Shown here: in pieces, positions 47,033 through 57,130 of the stretch
Numbering within the stretch: position 1 is the stretch's first letter
How the letters are laid out: every line of letters begins with the position of its first letter
Virus record (IMG/VR): IMGVR_UViG_3300018475_001996
Coordinates: 1 to 64,000 of that record
From: an uncultured virus (IMG/VR IMGVR_UViG_3300018475_001996)
Taxonomy: Duplodnaviria > Heunggongvirae > Uroviricota > Caudoviricetes
DNA: 64,000 bases
Reading direction: 5' to 3' (one strand)
The notes under the pieces: model-generated
The model's input: the letters and a program-made list of their open reading frames with translations, nothing else
Databases searched by the model: none
What the model was told of the DNA's origin: nothing
Made by a program: the position numbers and the translations under genes

Positions 47033-47671
47033 TTATTTCTTTTTAGAATTCTTCTTTGCAGGCTTCTTCTTGTTCTTCTTTCCGTTAACAGCCTCATTTT
47101 GGCGGGGCTTAGTTTTCTTCGGAGTGCTCTTGCTTGGCTTGACAGTTTTCTCAGTCGTCTTCTTGGTGTCATTTGTCTTTTCCTTACGTGAACGTTTCTT
47201 GTCAGTAGACTTCTTGTCGGCGGACTTCTTAGCCGGCTTGAGAGCCTTTGCGATATTCTTCAAGTCTTCGTCAGAAATCTTTTCAATTTCTTCCTTAGTT
47301 ACTTCGGTAACTTCATTTTCACCGGTAACGACAGCGACTTTCGGAGTATCTTCAACCTTATCAAGAACCTTACCGGCGAGCTCTTCAGTCATTGTGTAAG
47401 TCGGATCCAATTCTACCATCGGCTCAGGCTTATTTGCTTCTTCGCAAATAATATTTCCAGCTTCCATGATGTCGCATGCAGTCTGCTTGCATTCTTCTTC
47501 ATGCTTTACAGGATCTTCGCCTTCAGTTTCGACAAAAGCATCGAGCGGATTTTCATCGAACTTTGCAAGTTCCGGTTCCTGTTCGCGCAATGCCTTACGG
47601 AGCAAGAAATATCCAGTTACTACCAAGATTACGGCAAGCGCAATCAAACCAATTATCAATGTTGTATTCAT
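47033..47671 (-). CDS. membrane-anchored protein with acidic middle and Lys-rich tail
   Basis: N-terminal TM, histone-like C-terminus. Confidence 0.6.
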   Translation of the reverse strand: MNTTLIIGLIALAVILVVTGYFLLRKALREQEPELAKFDENPLDAFVETEGEDPVKHEEECKQTACDIMEAGNIICEEANKPEPMVELDPTYTMTEELAGKVLDKVEDTPKVAVVTGENEVTEVTKEEIEKISDEDLKNIAKALKPAKKSADKKSTDKKRSRKEKTNDTKKTTEKTVKPSKSTPKKTKPRQNEAVNGKKNKKKPAKKNSKKK

Positions 47672-47720
47672 ATTTTCACCTCATTAAAATAATAACTTGT
47701 GTATTGTATATATAAAAATT

Positions 47721-48797
47721 TTAACTGAAAAACTCGAACATCGTCGGGCGTTCCAAATTAATTTCTTCCTTTGGACCTAACCAACCGGCAATTCTGAACA
47801 TCGTATCAAAAAGCTGACAGAACGATTTTCTGAACGCGGTTTCATAGTCAATCTCAAAGTATTTATTAAATTCTTTCGGCCAAGATTCAAGATATGCAAC
47901 CGCTTCAATCGGTTCTATCTTTCCGTCCATATCCTTAGCTGAAATCTTTTGAGAAGGCTTTACATATACATAACGCAATTTTGAGTTATTACGAATCGGA
48001 TTATATTTCAACCTGTCCTTTGTGATAATATAGTTGTAGATAATGGAAATCTTTGCACCGAAAATAAGACCTGTCGGAAGAATCAAACCATGGTCCATAT
48101 AATAGTCCATAAGAGTTTCGTATTTCGTGTCGAACGGCTGTGTATTCATCGAACTTTCCATATATTGTTCTCTGAATTTATCCATTGCGATTGTAGTATA
48201 TTTCGTATAGTTCTTGATACCAATAACAGACGAAATAACATTCAAATCTGAGCTCTTAAACTGGTCATAAACCTTGTAGATATATTCCTGTGCTTCTTCC
48301 TTACCGATACCGTCACAAATTTTGAACGCGAGTTCTTCGGCTGCAACCTTACAGAAGTCAGGCATTATAGATTTCTTAATAGGAATACCCATGATTTTGT
48401 GTTTCATGTGGTCCAACGGAAACTTCTTACCTTCACTGTCGATAATATTACCGATATACAACTTCTTCGCAAAACAGAACATGTTTTTGAAGATATTTTC
48501 ACGGTTAAAATTAATCTTATTGACTGTATGGAATTGTGTGGCTCGAATTTCAAGAATCCTATCAAAAAAGCGCTGGAATATGTTTTCGCATTTCTCAAAA
48601 TATCTACGATATTCATCTTCATTCGTAATCGATAAACCAGATTCTAATAAACGACGCTTAAGTTCGATAATCGAGAAATAAACGGAGTCCGTGTCATTAT
48701 GTACGGCACAGACATCACGTCCTTTCACAACAAGCGGACTCATGTTGTTCATTTGAAATTTATCAATCTTTACATCTAATGCTTTCTTAAATTCCAT
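47721..48797 (-). CDS. family B DNA polymerase, C-terminal subunit (gp43B-like)
   Basis: HNDTDSVY motif C, AKKLY, KIMGI; start MEFKK 1 nt after the upstream stop. Confidence 0.85.
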   Translation of the reverse strand: MEFKKALDVKIDKFQMNNMSPLVVKGRDVCAVHNDTDSVYFSIIELKRRLLESGLSITNEDEYRRYFEKCENIFQRFFDRILEIRATQFHTVNKINFNRENIFKNMFCFAKKLYIGNIIDSEGKKFPLDHMKHKIMGIPIKKSIMPDFCKVAAEELAFKICDGIGKEEAQEYIYKVYDQFKSSDLNVISSVIGIKNYTKYTTIAMDKFREQYMESSMNTQPFDTKYETLMDYYMDHGLILPTGLIFGAKISIIYNYIITKDRLKYNPIRNNSKLRYVYVKPSQKISAKDMDGKIEPIEAVAYLESWPKEFNKYFEIDYETAFRKSFCQLFDTMFRIAGWLGPKEEINLERPTMFEFFS

Positions 48798-48798
48798 T

Positions 48799-51006
48799 TT
48801 AATCCTCAATACCGAGAAGGTCAGTGTCCTTGTTGAATTCATAAGCATAGATTTCCATTTCGTCATTACCGCGAAGAACGGTAATCTTTTCATAGAAATC
48901 ATACTTATATGTCTTTTCTTCTGTAATAATGGAAACTGTCGAGAATTCCTTAATTACATCCTTGAGCAAGTACGGAGAAACATAGTATTCGTTAAGATGC
49001 TTAGTCAACCAGTCTCTCAAGGTAACACGAGCACAACGACAAATTGCACGGGCAACATCCGGGTCATACAATGCGAAGCTGTTTGCAAGAGATACACCGT
49101 AAACCGAGTTAATAATCAACTTCTTGGTCATTTGTCGGTTATGATAAAGATGTGCACCAGCCTTGTCACCATTCTTTTCACATTCCTTTTCCTTATTCTT
49201 ATATATCTTACGTTCTGCAAACACCTGCTTAACAACGTTCGGAAGAATACCATCGTCACGGTTATAGAACCCAAGTTCTGCAACATCCGTCGGAATAACC
49301 TCACCGGATTCAATCTGTTCCTTAGTAGGATGAACAACCTTCAATTCTGGAGAGATATGGAATTCCATAATATGGTGCGGATATGAAGACGTAATATCGA
49401 AAGACATACAGTCGTCATGTCGGCCAGGGAAGTCATAACAATAACCGGCTTTTACCTGGAATTCTGGGAATGGATGAGGATCCTTCTTATAAGCATTCCA
49501 TGCTTCTATGAAAGCATCTTCAGTTTTCCAATGTTCAAATCGTTTCTGACCAACTATTGACCTAATCGTGGCATAATCGGCTTTTCCTACTTTCTGAGCT
49601 TCCTTATAGGCATCATAGAAAATCCTGAACTTACAATAATCCTTGTAACGTTTTGCACCAGGTTCCCATTCAGTGTTCTCGAAGTAATCGTTTCCATCCT
49701 TATCCTTGATAATATAGCAACGTTCGTTTCTCCACCAGTCAACATGATGGTCTTCGCGGTCATTAAGCACACGGTTTGTCTTGTGCAAGAACTTCAAGAT
49801 ATAACCGGTAGTCGTCGGAACTTTCTGTTCAACCTTATCGAGAGTTACAAGGCAATCGAACGCATATTCAATAATAAGGTCGAAAAGCTTATTCTTTGTT
49901 TCCAAGTCGACCATAATCATAACGTCCTTTCGGTTATACTTCAGGAAGTTATTACCGTCAATCTTGTAGGTTTCAGAAATCGCACCGCTATACTCCAATT
50001 TCTGGTCATTCAATTCGAGGTTGGCCACATAGTTAAGAGAATACGAAGAAAGAGGCGGATGAGATCCGAAGACTTCGTACAGTTTCATGTAGTCAAGCGA
50101 ATACAAACCAGGAATGGTATATTTAGTTCCGAGTTCGACATTTTCCATCTTGCGGTCAGTAATCTTTTCCGCAATAGGCATCATGCCAAGAGGAGACAAC
50201 TGCTTTTCCCATTCTACCTTTATATCCAGTTTTTCTCTAAGGACTTCACAACGACGCATGATATACGGAATATCGTATGCAAGCGAATTCCAACCTGTAA
50301 TGATGTCAAAATGGTTATTGGCGAACCACTTTATCCATTCTCGGATAAGTACCGCTTCTGACTTACAATACGTATAGTTAGGCAAATCCTTAGGGTCATC
50401 CGTATATCTGATTGTACTCCAGGTATAAGATTGCTTTGTCTTTGTAGAATAACAAGTAATTGCGTTAATCGGCCATTGTGCTATTTCAGGAGACGGGAAA
50501 TCATAGGAAACGAAACAGCTGTCTTCGTACGGAAGATATTTATCAACTTCAATATCATAAACGAAATACTTATCATGGTCAAACTTCATGTCGAAATCAA
50601 TAAGACTAACATCGATAGTCTTATTGGTTTTCTTCTCACAAACTTTAATCAACGTTTCGTCATAATACTTACTGCCAGACGCAACTTCAATATCGAAGAA
50701 ACAAATGTTCCACAAACTCATGTCTACATGGAGTTCTTCGTTATCGTACAGCTGATGCATGTATTTGACTTCAGGACGCAAATTACCTTCACAGACGCCT
50801 TTCAGACCTATTAACGAATTTCGGTCCTTATAAGGGAACCTTTCCATTGGAGTCTTATGAATATCGGTAAGCTTGCTCTTTTTTGTCTTATCAGGAATGT
50901 AGCACCAGTTATTGAATTCTACTTCCTTAAATTCAGTATCTTCTTGGGCCTTAAAGTATAACTTTTGTTTCTTAAAGTCCCAATAACAATTTTTAAATCC
51001 ACTCAT
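48799..51006 (-). CDS. family B DNA polymerase, N-terminal subunit (exonuclease, motifs A and B)
   Basis: FFDIEV, TGWNSLAYDIPY, YNRKD, DITSSYP and KKLIINSVYG motifs. Confidence 0.9.
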   Translation of the reverse strand: MSGFKNCYWDFKKQKLYFKAQEDTEFKEVEFNNWCYIPDKTKKSKLTDIHKTPMERFPYKDRNSLIGLKGVCEGNLRPEVKYMHQLYDNEELHVDMSLWNICFFDIEVASGSKYYDETLIKVCEKKTNKTIDVSLIDFDMKFDHDKYFVYDIEVDKYLPYEDSCFVSYDFPSPEIAQWPINAITCYSTKTKQSYTWSTIRYTDDPKDLPNYTYCKSEAVLIREWIKWFANNHFDIITGWNSLAYDIPYIMRRCEVLREKLDIKVEWEKQLSPLGMMPIAEKITDRKMENVELGTKYTIPGLYSLDYMKLYEVFGSHPPLSSYSLNYVANLELNDQKLEYSGAISETYKIDGNNFLKYNRKDVMIMVDLETKNKLFDLIIEYAFDCLVTLDKVEQKVPTTTGYILKFLHKTNRVLNDREDHHVDWWRNERCYIIKDKDGNDYFENTEWEPGAKRYKDYCKFRIFYDAYKEAQKVGKADYATIRSIVGQKRFEHWKTEDAFIEAWNAYKKDPHPFPEFQVKAGYCYDFPGRHDDCMSFDITSSYPHHIMEFHISPELKVVHPTKEQIESGEVIPTDVAELGFYNRDDGILPNVVKQVFAERKIYKNKEKECEKNGDKAGAHLYHNRQMTKKLIINSVYGVSLANSFALYDPDVARAICRCARVTLRDWLTKHLNEYYVSPYLLKDVIKEFSTVSIITEEKTYKYDFYEKITVLRGNDEMEIYAYEFNKDTDLLGIED

Positions 51007-51075
51007 ATAGTTTAAATATAGAAAAAACCTACAAATGATTAAATTTGTAGGTCTTTTTATTCCAAAATTCTTTAA

Positions 51076-51282
51076 TTATGCATTCAACGTCTTGATGAAG
51101 GTCTGCATATCCTGGAAAGCCTGGAGATAGCCGGCCTTGAATTCAGCCTTAGCTTCCGGGACTTCAGTCTTACGGACTTCATCGATCTTTGCGACCACGA
51201 TTTGCTTGATTGCACGGAGGTTGTTAACAACAACGTCTTCGGCGTCAACTGCATCATTAAAGTTATTAGCATTAGTCATCAT
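51076..51282 (-). CDS. hypothetical protein
   Basis: AGGA RBS, biased codon use. Confidence 0.55.
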   Translation of the reverse strand: MMTNANNFNDAVDAEDVVVNNLRAIKQIVVAKIDEVRKTEVPEAKAEFKAGYLQAFQDMQTFIKTLNA

Positions 51283-51295
51283 ATTATGTTTTCCT

Positions 51296-51526
51296 TTATC
51301 GTTTAGTTAACCATATATTATAGGTTCTTGTGTCTTCTTGTTGTTTCTTCGCATTGTCAGGAATCATAGACTGATATTCTTCCGGAATTTCAGAAAAATC
51401 TGGAGCCTGCTCATATTGTTTCCATACATTGATATTACCGATAGCATTTGCTATTTCTGGCATACCTTCTGTAACTTCTTCAATATCAAGCGGTAGTCGT
51501 CTCTTTCTGCTGTACTCTGGTATCAT
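51296..51526 (-). CDS. hypothetical protein
   Basis: ORF in operon. Confidence 0.45.
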   Translation of the reverse strand: MIPEYSRKRRLPLDIEEVTEGMPEIANAIGNINVWKQYEQAPDFSEIPEEYQSMIPDNAKKQQEDTRTYNIWLTKR

Positions 51527-51776
51527 ATCTAAACTTTATCCTTCCTTTACTCATATCATAGATGTTCACACCGATAAGGCATTTATCACCTGGAGTGATA
51601 TGAATATGCTTAACACGAATTTTGCCAGATATAGTGCAAAGCACTCTCTGACCATTTTCTAGTTCAACGTCAAACATCGCATTAGGGCGGGCTTCTAAAA
51701 CCGTGCCGATAACGTCGACTTCTGACAAGTTTTGTTTTTCTGCTTTATCTTTTTTATTAGTTTTAATTTTCTTCAT
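51486..51776 (-). CDS. infA: translation initiation factor IF-1
   Basis: GTVLEARPNAMFDVELENG...ISGKIR..HIHITPGD...YDMSKGRI. Confidence 0.9.
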   Translation of the reverse strand: MKKIKTNKKDKAEKQNLSEVDVIGTVLEARPNAMFDVELENGQRVLCTISGKIRVKHIHITPGDKCLIGVNIYDMSKGRIKFRYDTRVQQKETTTA

Positions 51777-51778
51777 TT

Positions 51779-52798
51779 TTAATTCGCAGCTGTCTCAAGC
51801 TCAGCATCAGTGGTCGTGTTTTCTTCATTAGATGGCATTTCAAAAGTCGATTCTCCGTCTGCTACAACTTCGAATTCTTCAACAGGTTCATTAGATTCTT
51901 CTTTATGCTGTGCTTCTTGTTTTTCTTCAGATAGCTTCTTAATTCTTTCACTATTAGCCTTCACCAAAGCAAGTCGCTTAGCACCTTCGTCTACTTGGAC
52001 AGAAGATTGCTTAGTAAGCGTACTTCCCAATTCACTCAGATCTGCGGTTTCGAGCATTGCATCGAGGTTAGCTTTCTTTTCTTTCAAGATTTCTTCTTCA
52101 GTTTTCGCAGGTTCTGCTTTTTTAACAACTTTAGGTTTCGTTACTTGCGGTGCTGCTGCAGTTTCAGTTACTTTTTCAGTCTTCTTTTCGACAACTTTGG
52201 CTGCAACGGGCTTTTTCTTAATAACAGTCTTTTTAACCGGAGCAGGTGCTACAACAACTTCCGGTTCTTTTTCTTTGTAAATAATCTTTGGAGCTGGCGG
52301 TGGTGGATTCATGATTTCATCACACATGTCCAACATGCATTCATTAAGCTTTGTGAGGCCAGTCATTCCATATTTAAAAAACATTGCGGTCATTTTCTCT
52401 TTCATTTCGTCAATAAGAGAAAAAGCTTCAGAAAAAGCGGGGTTATTAATATAACCCGCACTTTCTGTAAATGTTTGTGGCTTTTTAGCTGGACGTCTGC
52501 GAACAGGCGCCGGCTCTACATAATTCGTATCATCGTCAAAATCGGGTTCAGCAGGAACTGGTGCAGGACGCGGTGCCGGAGCAGGAGCCGGACGTGGCGC
52601 AGGCCTTGGTGAAGGACGCTGCGTACGATGGGCTTCATTTATTTCCGGAACTTCGTCATTATAGAATTCATCATCTTCAAGCTCATCGACATTGACTGTC
52701 TGAGCCTTATAATTCTTATATGCCTCAAGTTTCTGTTCTTCGGTATAAGACGGGTCGTTTCTATGTAGATAGCTTATAAAAGAATCACCATTACTCAT
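51779..52798 (-). CDS. hypothetical low-complexity (Pro/Ala/Lys/Glu) protein
   Basis: 339-aa ORF behind a TATAAATA box. Confidence 0.6.
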   Translation of the reverse strand: MSNGDSFISYLHRNDPSYTEEQKLEAYKNYKAQTVNVDELEDDEFYNDEVPEINEAHRTQRPSPRPAPRPAPAPAPRPAPVPAEPDFDDDTNYVEPAPVRRRPAKKPQTFTESAGYINNPAFSEAFSLIDEMKEKMTAMFFKYGMTGLTKLNECMLDMCDEIMNPPPPAPKIIYKEKEPEVVVAPAPVKKTVIKKKPVAAKVVEKKTEKVTETAAAPQVTKPKVVKKAEPAKTEEEILKEKKANLDAMLETADLSELGSTLTKQSSVQVDEGAKRLALVKANSERIKKLSEEKQEAQHKEESNEPVEEFEVVADGESTFEMPSNEENTTTDAELETAAN

Positions 52799-52843
52799 AA
52801 TTATACCTTATTTATAGAAGTTATTTTTAAAATATAGAAAATT

Positions 52844-53587
52844 TTAAACCAACTTCGTCTTTACCTTATCAATTAATCCGATTTTCTTTGCTTCATTTGC
52901 CGACATAAAGTTGTCAAACGAAGTAAGTTCACGGAGTTCTTCAGTAGTCTTCCCAGTCTGTTTCTTGAATACACGATTCATGCTATCAGTCCAGTTCTGC
53001 AATTCCTTCTGGAGAATGCTAACGTCCTTAAGACGACCAGCAAAACCATCGGCGACAATACCAGCCTGATGAATCATGATACGAGAAGACGGGAATGCAT
53101 AACGATGGCCAGGAGTTCCGTTTGCAAGAATGACAGAAGCCATACTAGAGCAAGAACCGCAAGCAATCGTGTTAATAATAATACCTTTACGCTTCAATTC
53201 ATCCATAACGTCGATGAGAGCAAAACCAGCATCGCAATCTCCACCAGGAGAAGAGAGGTAAATGGTAACGGGATCCTTAATGTCGTCATCGTAAAACGAA
53301 AGACGTTGAATAGTGCGAATGGCGATATTCCAATCAATCGCACCAGTAATCCAAATACAACGCTTGACTTCAAAGTAATTCTGACGCATTACTTCAAAAT
53401 AACCGCCCATTTCACCAAGAGGAATGGCTTGTTGTTCAGGTTCTTCAGGCTGACCTTCCGGAGGAACATCACCAGGATTTTCCGGTACAGGAGGCATTTG
53501 ACCCGGATTCGGAGTAACCATAGGAGCAATAGGTGCTTCTACAGGCTTATTTTCAGTTTTCTTCTTTACGATGCGCTTTAAAGACAT
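52844..53587 (-). CDS. clpP: ClpP protease subunit
   Basis: YLSSPGG, CSSMAS, SRIMIHQ and DNFMSANEAKKIGLID motifs. Confidence 0.9.
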   Translation of the reverse strand: MSLKRIVKKKTENKPVEAPIAPMVTPNPGQMPPVPENPGDVPPEGQPEEPEQQAIPLGEMGGYFEVMRQNYFEVKRCIWITGAIDWNIAIRTIQRLSFYDDDIKDPVTIYLSSPGGDCDAGFALIDVMDELKRKGIIINTIACGSCSSMASVILANGTPGHRYAFPSSRIMIHQAGIVADGFAGRLKDVSILQKELQNWTDSMNRVFKKQTGKTTEELRELTSFDNFMSANEAKKIGLIDKVKTKLV

Positions 53588-53864
53588 TTAAATATCCTTC
53601 ATTATTTAAGTTAATTTCAATTTGCTTTCTGTATTTCGATTTTTCTTCAACATCGATTTCCGAGTCGAATCTAAGTTTGAATGGACCAGCAGACAATAAC
53701 GGCTTTCCATATTGGATTACAGTATCATTGCCAGAATACAGTACATACCTAAATCGTTTCGTGACATTGCGGAACTTAACGTTTATATAGTTTTCATCTA
53801 GCGATAAAACAGTATATTCGTTTCCATCAACGCCTTTGTAAGTTTTTCCGACTTCAAATTTCAT
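53553..53864 (-). CDS. hypothetical protein
   Basis: Likely start MKFEVGKTY. Confidence 0.5.
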   Translation of the reverse strand: MKFEVGKTYKGVDGNEYTVLSLDENYINVKFRNVTKRFRYVLYSGNDTVIQYGKPLLSAGPFKLRFDSEIDVEEKSKYRKQIEINLNNEGYLNVFKAHRKEEN

Positions 53865-54040
53865 GTTACACCAATTTGTTCTTTTCGAGGAAAACACTAA
53901 TTTTATGGTTAAAATCTTCGTTCTTCAAGAAAATGGCCTTGAGTTCTTCATCATTGTAGTTGTCATAATTCTTTACAAAAACTTTCGCATAGTCCGTAAA
54001 GTTCTTATAGACATCTTCAAGAACCGACGCATAGACGGTC

Positions 54041-54331
54041 TTAACAAGATTCAGCGGTGTTACTTCCTTTTGATTCATTCGAATATTCATTTACTAGATC
54101 CTTTAGTTTTTCACAGAATTCTGTGTCAGTTTCAAATTTGGGCAAAATAGAAATAACATAAACCATCCAATCATTAAGATTCTTCGGATGAACGATGTTA
54201 TCCGTAACCTGTTTTGACTGGTTGACCATTTCCTTCAATGTCTCAAGGGTCTTAGGGTTACTAATGACCTTGAGATAATCTTTTTCCTTTCGGAACAAAG
54301 GCTGCATCTTTATTGGTTTATGTTTCTTCAT
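54041..54331 (-). CDS. hypothetical protein
   Basis: ORF in operon. Confidence 0.45.
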   Translation of the reverse strand: MKKHKPIKMQPLFRKEKDYLKVISNPKTLETLKEMVNQSKQVTDNIVHPKNLNDWMVYVISILPKFETDTEFCEKLKDLVNEYSNESKGSNTAESC

Positions 54332-54334
54332 ATT

Positions 54335-54778
54335 TTACTCGACGATTTCAAGTTCTTCGGGGTCTGTCATAGGTTCTGGACCATTTGACGGCTGAGTATT
54401 CTCGAGATACTTACCAGCATAGAGCACGGCAGTTTCGCCTTGAATAGTATCAACCATGTCTTTAATTCCAGCCATGAAAGCGGACTCATCAGATTCTTCA
54501 GTTTTTTCTATTTTTTCTTCGACATTGATATTCATCTTGTCATAGGCTTCGAACACAGCCTTATTAATCTTGTCCGCAAGCGGCTTCTTAATAGGCTGGA
54601 CGAAACAAAGCTCACGCTTGTTATTCACGTTCTTAGGGTAAATAACATAACGCTTGCCATAATAGTCCATCAATGTAAGGCCAGTAAGTAAGAGTTCGTG
54701 GTCAAGAATAACCTGACACTTGCCGAGCTTACCGTACTTCACATTATATGGATAAATTTTGACTTTTGTTACTTCCAT
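54335..54778 (-). CDS. SpoVG-like nucleic-acid-binding protein
   Basis: MEVTKVKIYP...VILD..LLLTGL...YP...PI...KINKAVFEAY pattern. Confidence 0.65.
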   Translation of the reverse strand: MEVTKVKIYPYNVKYGKLGKCQVILDHELLLTGLTLMDYYGKRYVIYPKNVNNKRELCFVQPIKKPLADKINKAVFEAYDKMNINVEEKIEKTEESDESAFMAGIKDMVDTIQGETAVLYAGKYLENTQPSNGPEPMTDPEELEIVE

Positions 54779-54779
54779 A

Positions 54780-55235
54780 TTATGGTAGATCCTTTCTGTA
54801 CTCTTCAAGAGCTTCAATATCCTTGGAAACCTTCATCAGGTCAATTTCCTTAGCCACAGCTATGGAAATAATATCATTGAAGATACTCTGTACAGCCGGA
54901 ACCGGTTCAACATCTGCAACCTTAATCATACGTTCTACAACTTCTGCAGGAGGAACCGGATGTTCATTAGTTACATTACCACTTCCGTCAACGAAATTCT
55001 TGAGGAAGTCATTGAGATAGAAAATCGCCTTACCGAGGTCCTGATACGGCGTAGCATGTTCAGGGTCAGTCTTGGTCTTATCGAGGTAACGCATGGAATA
55101 TTTCCATACATTTGCGCAGTCACAATCAAGATAGCGAGTAATCGTAATAGTTTCAATACCAGATGCGTTATTGCAATAATGACTAGGATGATTAACGGCC
55201 TGGTCAATTTTCTTAAGCTGTTCTTCAGTATGCAT
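54780..55235 (-). CDS. DUF3310 (SaV-like) protein
   Basis: VNHPSHY...GIE...NVWKY..R...DLGKAIFYL. Confidence 0.8.
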   Translation of the reverse strand: MHTEEQLKKIDQAVNHPSHYCNNASGIETITITRYLDCDCANVWKYSMRYLDKTKTDPEHATPYQDLGKAIFYLNDFLKNFVDGSGNVTNEHPVPPAEVVERMIKVADVEPVPAVQSIFNDIISIAVAKEIDLMKVSKDIEALEEYRKDLP

Positions 55236-55250
55236 TGTCTTTTACCTAAA

Positions 55251-55649
55251 TTATTTAAATGTTTCGTTTGTTTTCAATGCTTTTAATATATTTTCTTGTA
55301 ATTCATGAGACTTCGCAGCATGTTCAGAAAGCTTTTTATCGAATTCACGGTCCTCTTTGAGCTGCTTATTACGAGCAAGAGCTTGACTGATACGAATAGG
55401 AAGGAAAATTGCCATGAAATAACCGAATGCCATTGCAATATATGGTACAATGTCGGTCATAAAATACATTATTCCTTTCTTAAGTGTATCTCCAAACACA
55501 CCAAATCCGCCTAAAACTAGGGTATAAACCAAGACCATAATAAGAGTACCGATAACCAGTCCCTTATTGGCCTTGATATTCACCCAAAAATTCTTAATTT
55601 TGGCAGGAAATTTAGACGTATTTTGATTAGATGTCTTCATTGTCTTCAA
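55251..55649 (-). CDS. membrane protein
   Basis: Two TM segments. Confidence 0.55.
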   Translation of the reverse strand: MKTMKTSNQNTSKFPAKIKNFWVNIKANKGLVIGTLIMVLVYTLVLGGFGVFGDTLKKGIMYFMTDIVPYIAMAFGYFMAIFLPIRISQALARNKQLKEDREFDKKLSEHAAKSHELQENILKALKTNETFK

Positions 55650-55956
55650 GAATTACTTCCACTGCAGAATCAGGAATCTGGTAATACTTCGTCTTAACGT
55701 AAGCACCCTTATCATTCTTTGCAGCGATATTGAGTTCGATTGCCTTCAAATCTGTAAAAATAATGCGGTCACCGACAGATACGGTGCACGGAATTCGAGA
55801 ATCCGTAACGGCATTATACTTACCTGGGCCAACGGCAACAACTTCGCCATAAACAAGCTTACCCGAGCTATCAAGTTCCGGAATATAAATACCGCCTGCA
55901 GTCTTCGTATCACCGCTACGGCGCTTTACAAGCACATAGTTATCGTTCATCTTCAT
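55627..55956 (-). CDS. groES: co-chaperonin GroES (Cpn10), copy 2
   Basis: KTAGGIYIP, GEVVAVGPGK and VSVGDRI motifs. Confidence 0.85.
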   Translation of the reverse strand: MKMNDNYVLVKRRSGDTKTAGGIYIPELDSSGKLVYGEVVAVGPGKYNAVTDSRIPCTVSVGDRIIFTDLKAIELNIAAKNDKGAYVKTKYYQIPDSAVEVILEDNEDI

Positions 55957-55970
55957 AGTTAAATTTCCTT

Positions 55971-56300
55971 TTACTTAATTTCTTCGTTATCGTCAAGAAT
56001 GCAGGTACATTCGTTTTCGGCAACCTTGACCAACTTGAGCTTACTGACATTTCCCTGTTCATCCTTAACAGAAACAGTTACTTCAGTTGTGACACCCGGA
56101 TTATAAATCACACGGTCACCAACCTTGAGTTCAATCGGAGTAAGTTTCTTGGTAAACGGATTATACTTACCCGGTCCAAGTTTTACAACTGTACCGAGAG
56201 CCATAGGAATCGTTCCAATTCGGGGAATAAATAAGCCTCCGACAGTCATTTTGTCGAAAGGTTCCTCTTTTACGAGTACGTTATTTTCTGTAGTTTTCAT
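55971..56300 (-). CDS. groES: co-chaperonin GroES (Cpn10), copy 1
   Basis: MTVGGLFIP, GTVVKLGPGK and LKVGDRV motifs. Confidence 0.85.
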   Translation of the reverse strand: MKTTENNVLVKEEPFDKMTVGGLFIPRIGTIPMALGTVVKLGPGKYNPFTKKLTPIELKVGDRVIYNPGVTTEVTVSVKDEQGNVSKLKLVKVAENECTCILDDNEEIK

Positions 56301-56310
56301 CTCAGTTTCC

Positions 56311-56952
56311 TTAAATTTTAAATAGAAAGTCTTTCTTAGTGTATTTTGTGCTCTTATCGATGCACGAATTATTTATTAAAAACGTGTCACCGATTTCGCA
56401 AATGGACTTTTTCTTATCCTGTCCAAAATGCCAGATCTTTCCATTTACATTTAAATTCATTTTCCGTGGGTCATAATAAGAAACAACGACGTCGGGAATA
56501 GATTCCGCAATTTTACGAAACCTATCAACTTCATCGTTGTACATCTCATTAATATCAGTGGTCCACCAATTCCATCGTTTAATATTAACACTGGGGTCAA
56601 TTCCAGTCGCTCCGCCAAAAACATGCTTATCAACCATAACTACTTGCCCATCTAACCTAATTGGCGAACAAAGTTTGCGCTGGAATGACCTCAGTGAATC
56701 TTTAACTTTTTCAAATTTCAAATCAAGCGGCATATCAGATTTCATATCACAGCCACCATAAACATACAGCACATTTTTGTAGTGCTGTCCAAGATAAACC
56801 AGAAAACGCCTAGTCATCTCGTAATCTTCAGATATGCCGCTTATACACAATACATCAGCAGGGAGAAATTCTTCATCAAGTAGTTTCTTAAAATCAGCAA
56901 ACATGTGCTTGCTGGGCTTAAGATTCAAATTATTGATGAAGAAACAATCCAT
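56311..56952 (-). CDS. degenerate metallophosphoesterase-fold protein
   Basis: Same layout as 26901..27809 but metal ligands replaced (NNLN, SGI, GGCD, FGQD). Confidence 0.5.
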   Translation of the reverse strand: MDCFFINNLNLKPSKHMFADFKKLLDEEFLPADVLCISGISEDYEMTRRFLVYLGQHYKNVLYVYGGCDMKSDMPLDLKFEKVKDSLRSFQRKLCSPIRLDGQVVMVDKHVFGGATGIDPSVNIKRWNWWTTDINEMYNDEVDRFRKIAESIPDVVVSYYDPRKMNLNVNGKIWHFGQDKKKSICEIGDTFLINNSCIDKSTKYTKKDFLFKI

Positions 56953-57130
56953 ACTTACTTAGTCCAGATAGTAGTCCACTTTCCACCGATAAACTGTTCA
57001 ATCTTGACAACCGAACGAAGACGCGGATTCTTATAGGATTCCATGAGTTCTTCAGTATAGCAGTCAGAAGTAAACGGTTCACCATACGGTGTACCAGTTT
57101 CGTCAACGTGATAACGAGTAATGCGCCACA

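Noticed and set aside
47721..48902. Programmed frameshift or longer N-terminus for the polymerase C-terminal ORF
   Set aside because: The overlap to 48902 has no evident slippery site; a coupled ATG with GAGGA RBS at 48797 is the simpler reading.
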